A stretch of 64,000 nt of DNA from a virus. Its lineage: Duplodnaviria > Caudoviricetes. Below the pieces are notes generated by a model. That model did no database searches, was not told where the DNA came from, and was given only the letters and a program-made list of their open reading frames with translations. Where the stretch lies: positions 68,755 to 132,754 of the IMG/VR virus record IMGVR_UViG_3300043432_000484. One strand, written 5' to 3'. The translations under genes were made by a program, and so were the position numbers. This document shows positions 25,793 through 32,205 of this stretch, in pieces. How positions within the stretch are numbered: the stretch's first letter is position 1; every line of letters starts with the position of its first letter.

Positions 25793-25800
25793 AAAGTCTT

Positions 25801-25872
25801 GCCCGCGTTCGAGATGAGAGACCTGTGTTTGCATTACCTTAGCGTGTAAGGTCTCTCTTGGTGAACGTGAGC
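25801..25872 (-). ncRNA. stand-alone motif RNA (element B)
   Basis: GCTCACGTTC-ACC-AA-GAGAGACCT-TACACG...AGGTCTCTC-ATCTC-GAACGCGGGC. Confidence 0.7.
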
Positions 25873-25987
25873 GGTGGGCCTTTCCGGAGTCGAACCGAAA
25901 AGATCTTGTGTGCACCACTGGGTGGGTCAATCTCTGACCCGAGGTGATTGGTGCAGTACTAGTTGGCAGCCACCTGCCAAAAGGCCC
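25873..25987 (-). ncRNA. tRNA-like motif RNA (element A2)
   Basis: acceptor GGGCCTT/AAGGCCC, T-arm, insert TGCACCA..CCTC-G[hairpin]C-ACC..TGGTGCA-CACAAG. Confidence 0.7.
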
Positions 25988-26055
25988 ATTGAGACATCAG
26001 TGTAGAAACCTACTTCTTCTCCGAGGAGAAAGGTAGTGATGCCGGACTACCTTAG

Positions 26056-26186
26056 TGGGGAACCTTGGACTCGAACCAAGTTTGCTTGTAAGCGTCGCTA
26101 GGTGCTCCCTTGCGGGTGCGAGGTACGATGCTGGTATCGTGCTTTCGATTTACCGTCGAAGTGGAGGCCAACCCCCCGTATTCCCC
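26056..26186 (-). ncRNA. tRNA-like motif RNA (element A3)
   Basis: acceptor GGGGAAT/GTTCCCC, T-arm, insert AGCATCG..CCTC-G[hairpin]C-ACC..CGACGCT-TACAAG. Confidence 0.7.
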
Positions 26187-26219
26187 ATAGTGCTCGTCTT
26201 TCCGAGCCGTCAAAATTTT

Positions 26220-26360
26220 GCCCACTTCCGAGTTGAGAGACCTGGTTGCTTTTTGCCTGTTCCTAAAACGGGTGCCTTGCCAGTCGGCCACATCGGGTTT
26301 CCCCAACGGATGGATTCGAACCACCATGATGCGTGTAAGGACTCTAGGGTGAAAGCGAGC
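26220..26360 (-). ncRNA. circularly permuted tRNA-like RNA with YrlA-like topology (element C)
   Basis: motif 5' strand, T-arm, acceptor CGTTGGG-GAAA-CCCGATG closed by a tetraloop, D-arm, motif 3' strand. Confidence 0.7.
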
Positions 26361-26361
26361 A

Positions 26362-26418
26362 GCGGACTCCAGGGAGTTGAACCCTGACCAACGGTGGCGG
26401 CCTAACCCGCCGAGTCCA
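26362..26418 (-). ncRNA. miniature tRNA-like RNA with a truncated anticodon arm
   Basis: GGACTC/GAGTCC, GGCGG-GTTAGG-CCGCC, ACC-GTT-GGT, CAGGG-TTCAACT-CCCTG. Confidence 0.55.
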
Positions 26419-26481
26419 AGTAACCGTGACGTAGGAGTACGACCGACACAACTAAACCGGAGACACAGACAAGACACCCTG

Positions 26482-26510
26482 TATGTACACCGAGATGTGG
26501 GAGCCGTCAA
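26482..26510 (-). promoter_or_regulatory. promoter upstream of the ncRNA cluster
   Basis: TTGACG-N17-TACATA with GGTG directly before the TA. Confidence 0.6.
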
Positions 26511-26549
26511 CAGCTACTGGCCAAAAATCGACATCTGGTGTCGAATCGG

Positions 26550-26621
26550 TGCGGGTAGGGAGAATCGAACTCCCGAGATCTTCGTTGGCAACGAAGCGCT
26601 CTACCACTGAGCGATACCCGC
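26550..26621 (-). tRNA. tRNA-Gly(GCC)
   Basis: cloverleaf; A73. Confidence 0.88.
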
Positions 26622-26646
26622 ATTGAACTTTTTTAGTAGGGATGTA

Positions 26647-26991
26647 TCAGGTCTCCAGGGAGACCAAGGTGGCTCCCATATCGCCTAGGGCCGCCGACAC
26701 GTACACGTTCCCCTCATGGTCCTTACGCTTCATCAGGGTCACTTTGGCCATTGGATGGGGTTTGCTCCCGTTCCCGGGCAGCAAGGACACAGTCTCCCCG
26801 TACCGGCCCTTCCCGCGGCGGCCCACAATGTACTCGGTGGGGGTGCCATTCTCTGCGTCTCCATGACCCATGACAGCCCTGATCGCCGCTTTGACCCTCT
26901 GCTTGGGGCGGAGGGAGTCAAAAACCTGGATCAGCTTCTCTTGTTCCATTTTCGCCGTAAGTAGGCGTGAGATTCGGAAATCGTAGGTCAT
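26647..26991 (-). CDS. hypothetical protein
   Basis: 114 aa. Confidence 0.6.
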   Translation of the reverse strand: MTYDFRISRLLTAKMEQEKLIQVFDSLRPKQRVKAAIRAVMGHGDAENGTPTEYIVGRRGKGRYGETVSLLPGNGSKPHPMAKVTLMKRKDHEGNVYVSAALGDMGATLVSLET

Positions 26992-27021
26992 GGCCTAGCT
27001 CCGGCACAAAAGGAACCACAG

Positions 27022-27095
27022 TCAGCGTAGGGGGATTTGAACCCCCAACCTCACCCACCCCAAGGGTGCGCGCTACCAGATTGCGCTACACGCTG
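27022..27095 (-). tRNA. tRNA-Pro(GGG)
   Basis: cloverleaf. Confidence 0.9.
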
Positions 27096-27187
27096 ATGAA
27101 AAGCGCTAGGATACCCGTCACACCCCCTAGCGGGTGCCTGTTACAAGGACGGCTATGCTGTCTGCCAGCTGGTTTGCACAACGGCAT

Positions 27188-27263
27188 TGGTGGCCGGAAG
27201 AGGAGTCGAACCTCTGACGCCCTGCTCTTCAGGCAAGCGCTCTACCACCTGAGCTATCCGGCC
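27188..27263 (-). tRNA. tRNA-Phe(GAA)
   Basis: cloverleaf, CCA. Confidence 0.92.
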
Positions 27264-27310
27264 ATTGATGCTCGATGACCCGCGGCACAAGGCCTGAGAC
27301 CACCGAGCGG

Positions 27311-27384
27311 CACCTCCACGGGGCGACGATCCCCGTTTCCTGCGCTGAGAACGCAGTGTCCTAACCTACGTAGACGATGGAGGC
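27311..27384 (-). tRNA. tRNA-Glu(CTC)
   Basis: loop TT-CTC-AG; atypical T-loop. Confidence 0.8.
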
Positions 27385-27388
27385 ATAG

Positions 27389-27460
27389 TGCTCTGTACGG
27401 GTATCGATCCCGTTCATTGACCTTGAAAGGGTCACGTCCTAGCCAGTAGACGAACAGAGC
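27389..27460 (-). tRNA. tRNA-Glu(TTC)
   Basis: loop CT-TTC-AA; T-loop ATCGATA. Confidence 0.85.
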
Positions 27461-27637
27461 ATTGAAGGCACTAAGACGGCGGCAGTCGAACCCAGCAGCT
27501 ACTGGATTCTCTTCGTAAGCTTTTCGCGACGCGCTACCGTCACTACTTTGCCGAGTGCTGACCTCCTTTCGAGGGGAGCGTCACTCTACAGCGTCAGGGG
27601 CTGCCACGGGAGGACAAAGCCTATGTCTCAGAGCCAG

Positions 27638-27710
27638 AGCCCTAGATCGGGATCGAACCGACCAATCCCGCATTACGAAAGCGGTTCCTCACCATTGAGG
27701 AGACTAGGGC
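27638..27710 (-). tRNA. tRNA-Thr(CGT)
   Basis: cloverleaf; near-paralogue of Thr(TGT). Confidence 0.88.
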
Positions 27711-27714
27711 ACAG

Positions 27715-27785
27715 CACGGCAGTAGGGAATCGAACCCTCTCGACGCGAGATTTGGAGTTTCGCCGGCTACCTTAGCCTCCGCCGT
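27715..27785 (-). tRNA. tRNA-Trp(CCA)
   Basis: loop CT-CCA-AA, G73. Confidence 0.8.
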
Positions 27786-27856
27786 ATATTGACCAGCCGT
27801 CTCTCCGACCTGTCACGTTCCCCGCTTGGGTCCGGCCGAACGTTCACCGGTTGATT

Positions 27857-28108
27857 TCAGATGTCCGAGGCTTCCCTCTGGTGTTTGTAGTCCCTCTCGT
27901 GCTCCAAGAGGTATTGGCCCGAGATTGCCGGATCCGATACTCCCGTCACCGTCCACAGACGGTCCGGAGTGGCCGTCTGCTTCCCGAAGTAGACTACCCG
28001 GCCTAGCCCGGCAAGCGTGGCCGGAATCCATGCCGTCTGCACCGATTCCCCTTGTTCAGTGGGAGAGCGAAGCACGCATTGCTTGTACATGACGTCTTTC
28101 TTAGACAT
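27857..28108 (-). CDS. hypothetical protein
   Basis: 83 aa with GGAGG RBS. Confidence 0.65.
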   Translation of the reverse strand: MSKKDVMYKQCVLRSPTEQGESVQTAWIPATLAGLGRVVYFGKQTATPDRLWTVTGVSDPAISGQYLLEHERDYKHQREASDI

Positions 28109-28225
28109 GAGTTCCTCCTTAGATGTGTCCGCCTGTGCCTACCGGAGCGTCCTGTGGACGACTTACCGAAACGGTTGACCGCAACATCCATGAAGGACGC
28201 CTTACGCGGTTGGCACTACAGCGGT

Positions 28226-28300
28226 TGGTCGAGATGGCGAGAATCGAACTCGCTGCCTTCTGTTCCCGAAACAGACGTCCCACCATTGGACTACATCTCG
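28226..28300 (-). tRNA. tRNA-Pro(CGG)
   Basis: cloverleaf, CCA. Confidence 0.9.
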
Positions 28301-28311
28301 TTGAACTCTAG

Positions 28312-28842
28312 TTACTCTGAAGACGATGTGCTTTTCTTCTTCGCCCAATACCCTCTCGGGGGCGTGTCGATTCCCAACACCTCACACCGCTTCTTGATGG
28401 CTGTTGACGTGACTCCTATGTCCCGCGCCACATGCGTAGCAGGCTTCGACCAGATTAGGACCCTCAGTTCCTCCTCTCCTGGCCATTCGATCTTGGTCCG
28501 ACGCTTGCGGCGTACGTACCGCCTTCTCTTGGCTGTCTTCCATCTAACCGGACAAACGATGTCTCGCTGAACCCTTTCGGCCTTGCTGCCCGCATATCCG
28601 AGAGTCTGCGTGTGACAGTTGGGACAGCGAAGCTCCAAGTTACAGGCCCGATCGTCCCGCCAGTTGCGATTCACATGGTCCACTTGAAGAATCAGCACCT
28701 TGCCATTCCATTCGTCACCTAGACCGCAATCCGCACATCGGTAGGGCACCCCGGATTCGATGAGGGCTCTACGCAACATGTAGGAAGGGGTTCTTTTTCC
28801 CGAATCCCTTAGGACCAGTACCTCTGCTGCTGTCTTTTTCAC
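28312..28842 (-). CDS. HNH endonuclease with C-terminal HTH
   Basis: CADCG...VDHVN...NLELRCPNCH; PPRGYW. Confidence 0.88.
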   Translation of the reverse strand: MKKTAAEVLVLRDSGKRTPSYMLRRALIESGVPYRCADCGLGDEWNGKVLILQVDHVNRNWRDDRACNLELRCPNCHTQTLGYAGSKAERVQRDIVCPVRWKTAKRRRYVRRKRRTKIEWPGEEELRVLIWSKPATHVARDIGVTSTAIKKRCEVLGIDTPPRGYWAKKKSTSSSE

Positions 28843-28918
28843 GGTCTAGCTGGAGGGACTTGAACCCCCGATCTCACCGCCCCAAACGGTGCGCGATACC
28901 AAACTTCGCTACAGCTAG
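28843..28918 (-). tRNA. tRNA-Pro(TGG)
   Basis: cloverleaf. Confidence 0.9.
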
Positions 28919-28922
28919 ATAG

Positions 28923-29003
28923 CTACCCCAGTTGGACTTGAACCAACGACCTCCTGACTTCGCGAAAAGCCAGGTGCTCTGATCTCTACTGAGCTACAGG
29001 GTA
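28923..29003 (-). ncRNA. tRNA-like RNA with an extended anticodon arm and no defined anticodon
   Basis: normal acceptor, D and T arms; CCTGGCTT-TTCGCG-AAGTCAGG. Confidence 0.6.
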
Positions 29004-29009
29004 ATGATT

Positions 29010-29131
29010 GAGAACGTTCGAGGAACCAGGCAGGATGTTTGCAGTTGGACTTGAACCAACACACAACTGTTTGCTTACAGTTTGCTCTACCAATGAGCTT
29101 TGCTTGTATGCCAGGTATGGTGAACGCTCTC
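29010..29131 (-). ncRNA. motif RNA in which the motif extends or replaces the acceptor stem (element D1)
   Basis: GAGAGCGTTC-ACC-AT-ACCTGGCA-TACAAG-[D, anticodon-like, T arms]-TGCCTGGT-TCCTC-GAACGTTCTC. Confidence 0.7.
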
Positions 29132-29133
29132 AG

Positions 29134-29206
29134 TCGGCCGTAGTGGAGTCGAGCCACTTTCTCCCGCGTATCAGACGGACAAACTAAAACCCTAGTTATA
29201 ACGGCC
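29134..29206 (-). tRNA. tRNA-Ile(GAT), degenerate
   Basis: loop CT-GAT-AC; atypical D-arm and T-loop. Confidence 0.6.
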
Positions 29207-29342
29207 GTTGCTTTCCCGATGGTGACTCACGTACACCGCGGACGTCGGGAGCGCCCCTTGTTTGCAACCAAGTCTTGCTAGGCCCGCCTCTTGCGACACG
29301 GACCCGTTACTCCTTCCACGCATGGTGGATGAGCTGAAAAGT

Positions 29343-29470
29343 GAGAGAGCGTTCGAGGAATCAGGCAGGATAACCGCTTGCGCGGGCGATTGGACTTGAA
29401 CCAACTACTTTCTGTTTAATAGACAGATGCTCTACCGAATGAGCTACGCTTGTATGCCAATGAGACTGGT
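29343..29470 (-). ncRNA. motif RNA (element D2), 5' end overlapped by an HNH gene
   Basis: GGCA-TACAAG-[D, ATT anticodon arm, T]-TGCC-TGA-TTCCTC-GAACGCTCTC; paralogue of D1. Confidence 0.65.
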
Positions 29471-29908
29471 ACGGGACCAGTCAGAACTTACACCACTACC
29501 ATCTATCAACCCAGCATGGATCTTCCGGTGACAATTGGAACACACCAATAAGCATTTGAGAATCTCTTTAATCACCTGTGGTTTTGAGTACGAGCGAAAG
29601 CGACCAATAACAAAATCCTTGTCCCCTTGATTGTGGTGGAAGTCAAGAGCTACAGGCTCAGTTTCTGAGCAAAAGGTGCACCCTAACTCACGTTTGAGTT
29701 GTGTAAGCCAACCTCTCAATTCTTGGTTCCGAGACTTTCGAGATGAGTAGATCTGCTTGCGCATCACCTCAGCGTTGGCTTCGTAGTAGACTTTTGCTCT
29801 GGCTTTACTACATTCAGTGCAGAATGATTGGAGCCCATCTTTACGCCCATTGTGTTTACCGAACTCAGCTTCCGGTTTGGCCACCTTGCATCTGGAACAC
29901 CGTTTCAT
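29444..29908 (-). CDS. HNH-like endonuclease (paralogue group A)
   Basis: CTFC...LDFHH...EILKCLLVCSNCHR. Confidence 0.8.
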   Translation of the reverse strand: MKRCSRCKVAKPEAEFGKHNGRKDGLQSFCTECSKARAKVYYEANAEVMRKQIYSSRKSRNQELRGWLTQLKRELGCTFCSETEPVALDFHHNQGDKDFVIGRFRSYSKPQVIKEILKCLLVCSNCHRKIHAGLIDGSGVSSDWSRTSLIGIQA

Positions 29909-29942
29909 AAGGAAACGAACTCATCAAAGGATTAACAGTCGG

Positions 29943-30028
29943 CTGGCACGGCAGGACTCGAACCTGCAGACGCCCTTTCGGGACACGCCGTTAACAGCGG
30001 CGCGGGATTACCATTCCCCCACATGCCA
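29943..30028 (-). tRNA. tRNA-Asn(GTT) with a long variable arm
   Basis: loop CT-GTT-AA, G73; variable TGTCCC-GAAA-GGGCG. Confidence 0.85.
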
Positions 30029-30041
30029 AAAAACGCAATCT

Positions 30042-30098
30042 AACCCTCAATCCCCGAGTCGAACGGGGTCCTCGCGAGCAGTTCCACACCTTGAGGGC
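30042..30098 (-). ncRNA. miniature tRNA-like RNA
   Basis: GCCCTCAA/TTGAGGGT plus CCCCG-TTCGACT-CGGGG; no proper anticodon arm. Confidence 0.45.
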
Positions 30099-30130
30099 TC
30101 AGACGATCACGTCAACGTAACGCGTCACGT

Positions 30131-30202
30131 TGGCGCCGTATTGGGACTCGAACCCATTGGAGTGTCCGGACTGGCTAATGCCTCCAAGTACCAATATACG
30201 GC
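30131..30202 (-). ncRNA. tRNA-like RNA lacking a D-stem
   Basis: GCCGTAT/ATACGGC+G+CCA, T-loop TTCGAGT, central TTGGAG/CTCCAA stem. Confidence 0.5.
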
Positions 30203-30208
30203 GATGAG

Positions 30209-30281
30209 CGTTCCCGGCAGGACTCGAACCTGCAGTCTCCGGATTCGTAATCCGGTGCCCTTCCAATTGGACTACGGGAAC
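30209..30281 (-). tRNA. tRNA-Arg(ACG)
   Basis: cloverleaf. Confidence 0.92.
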
Positions 30282-30282
30282 A

Positions 30283-30358
30283 TGGTGGAGAGTACGGGGA
30301 TCGAACCCGCCAATGTCTGCTTGCAAGGCAAACCCGGCCCCATTGCCTGTCACTCCCC
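30283..30358 (-). tRNA. tRNA-Ala(TGC)
   Basis: G3:U70, CCA. Confidence 0.88.
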
Positions 30359-30412
30359 ATGTCCGAGTCTCTCCTCAGTGTCAAGCCTGGATAATTGGCG
30401 GCTTTCCCTCCG

Positions 30413-30485
30413 TGGTTGGTGTCGGGATCGAACCGACTGCCTATGGACTTTCAGACCACCGCTCTACCATTTGAGCTAACCAACC
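30413..30485 (-). tRNA. tRNA-Phe(GAA), second copy
   Basis: loop CT-GAA-AG. Confidence 0.85.
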
Positions 30486-30604
30486 ATGTTCGCTGTTTGC
30501 CGCTTCCTGCGGAAGGCTCGCGACCTCCTACTACCAGACACCGCATTGCGAGGCGCGTCACCGGTAGCCCTGGACATGACCTCAACCCCTTGCTACACCA
30601 AAAG

Positions 30605-30675
30605 CGGAGCTGACGGGACTCGAACCCGCCTCAATCGATCGACAATCGATCCGCATCCCCGATGCGCACAGCTCC
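30605..30675 (-). tRNA. tRNA-Asp(GTC)
   Basis: loop TT-GTC-GA, G73. Confidence 0.85.
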
Positions 30676-30889
30676 AAACGTAGAGATGGGGCGCTAAACC
30701 TTAGGAGCCGAACGCCCCATCTCTTCACACACGTAACAACATTCAGCTCTCCGACCCTCCACCTGGGGATCCGCCCATTCGTGGCCCATCGGCGCTGAAC
30801 GTTCAAAATGCTATTCAGTTGTCAACGAACTACAGAGTCACAATCGTCATCCACGGTGATCCCACATAGGGGCCGTTTCACTCTGTCGG

Positions 30890-30960
30890 TACCGCGCAAG
30901 GGAGTCGAACCCTTTAATTCCGGTTAAGAGCCGGATGCCTGACCGTTTAGCTCGCGCGGC
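30890..30960 (-). tRNA. tRNA-Lys(CTT)
   Basis: cloverleaf. Confidence 0.88.
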
Positions 30961-31373
30961 AAAAATTCAGTATCATGAAGCTTTCTATGACAATTCGCGC
31001 AAAGAATGACACACTTTTGGATTTCATCCACTAAGCGAGTCCAAGACATCCCTTGACTCACTGCTCGTGCGATTGAGAACTCCTTGTTGTCATCCGGGTG
31101 GTGAAAGTCCAACGCTATCGGTGTCCTTTCTGGGCATGAGCTGCACCCATGCTCCTCTTTCCATTCCCGCACTCGTGAGAGGTTACCTTTCCTTCGTTGT
31201 TTGGAAGCAGCGTGTATTTGCCGCCTCATTCGGGCCTTGTTTTCTTCGTAGTATCCGCGAGCGTGTGTTTTTGAGCAGTCCCTACATTTCGTTTGCAAGC
31301 CGTCATTGCGTTTCCGATTGACGTTGAACTCAGATATTTCCTTAATTTGCTTGCAAGTTGTGCACTTCTTCAT
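30924..31373 (-). CDS. HNH-like endonuclease (paralogue group A)
   Basis: CSSC...LDFHH...EIQKCVILCANCHR. Confidence 0.8.
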   Translation of the reverse strand: MKKCTTCKQIKEISEFNVNRKRNDGLQTKCRDCSKTHARGYYEENKARMRRQIHAASKQRRKGNLSRVREWKEEHGCSSCPERTPIALDFHHPDDNKEFSIARAVSQGMSWTRLVDEIQKCVILCANCHRKLHDTEFLPRELNGQASGS

Positions 31374-31411
31374 ACCGACTCTTACCTATAAGTGAAAAGT
31401 AAGAGTCAAAG

Positions 31412-31495
31412 TCGGCCCGGCAGGATTCGAACCCGCGATGGGCTTGCGCCTTCTGGTTAAAAGCCAGCTGCCTTCGTCCACTCAGCGACGGGCCG
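31412..31495 (-). tRNA. tRNA-Lys(TTT) with an enlarged variable arm
   Basis: loop CT-TTT-AA; variable GGC-GCAA-GCC. Confidence 0.85.
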
Positions 31496-31565
31496 GTAAA
31501 GCGTTACCGTCTCCGTCGTGCGTTTGAGTTCCTTCATGTATACCTCGTGTTCCATGGTTGCTTAG

Positions 31566-31646
31566 TGGTGGGGGGCGGTATGCGCGCCGCCACAAAATTA
31601 ATGGCTGATTTACAGTCAGTTGGGTTCACTCGTACCCAGCCCCACC
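31566..31646 (-). tRNA. tRNA-Tyr(GTA) with a non-canonical T-loop
   Basis: GGTGGGG/CCCCACC+A, loop CT-GTA-AA, T-loop CGCGCATA. Confidence 0.7.
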
Positions 31647-32099
31647 AGAATGGTATCCGTGGCGACTGAGCGTCGATAGCTTTCGTGCTGTGGCTTGATG
31701 GGGGTGAACATGGTTGATTCTCTGGGTCCAGAAACGTTTGAAGCCCGCGTCGGAGGTTCCGAGGCGGGCTTCAGGGCACACGTGAGTGTTGCTGAATTCC
31801 GCCTAACTATCTGCCTCGGGGTTGCGTGGATTGCGAGTGGTAAACTCCGAGGCCTGGTCATGGTTTGAGATCACAGTTGCCTTGCTACCGAGATAGCTCA
31901 GGTTGATGGATCCCGTGCCTACCAAGATGGCCCAATCGACTCCATCGGCACACAACGGCATCCCACCGGTTTTACCGGAGGCCGTGATCTGCTGTGTGGA
32001 TTGGAGCGACATTGTCTGGAACTTCTTGGTTGAGGACTCGTGTCTAGGAAAACTTCGTTGCGCAGGACCTGGGGCGACAAGCCCACAGGCTAGAACCGT

Positions 32100-32128
32100 T
32101 ATCTACTTCGCTGCGCCTGATTGTGCAA
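32100..32128 (-). promoter_or_regulatory. sigma70-like promoter at the head of the tRNA array
   Basis: TTGCAC-N17-TAGATA. Confidence 0.5.
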
Positions 32129-32205
32129 GCGTTTTTATAAGGAAAAGCGCAAGGGTTTCGAAAGAAAGTTGTAACTCACTGAAAAGACGAAGGTTTTTGT
32201 GTCCT

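Noticed and set aside
27470-27552. tRNA gene (GGTTCGACT T-loop-like)
   Set aside because: Stems are poorly paired; at most a decayed remnant.
25650-29470. CRISPR array or tRNA introns
   Set aside because: No identical regularly spaced repeats and no cas genes; the inserts are too short for self-splicing introns and lack bulge-helix-bulge junctions.
30811-30826. boxA-like antitermination signal (TTGACAACTGAATAG on the minus strand)
   Set aside because: Single partial match; insufficient support.
31803-32012. Leader peptide/attenuator ahead of the tRNA array
   Set aside because: An ORF and a downstream hairpin exist, but there is no U-tract or codon bias to support attenuation.
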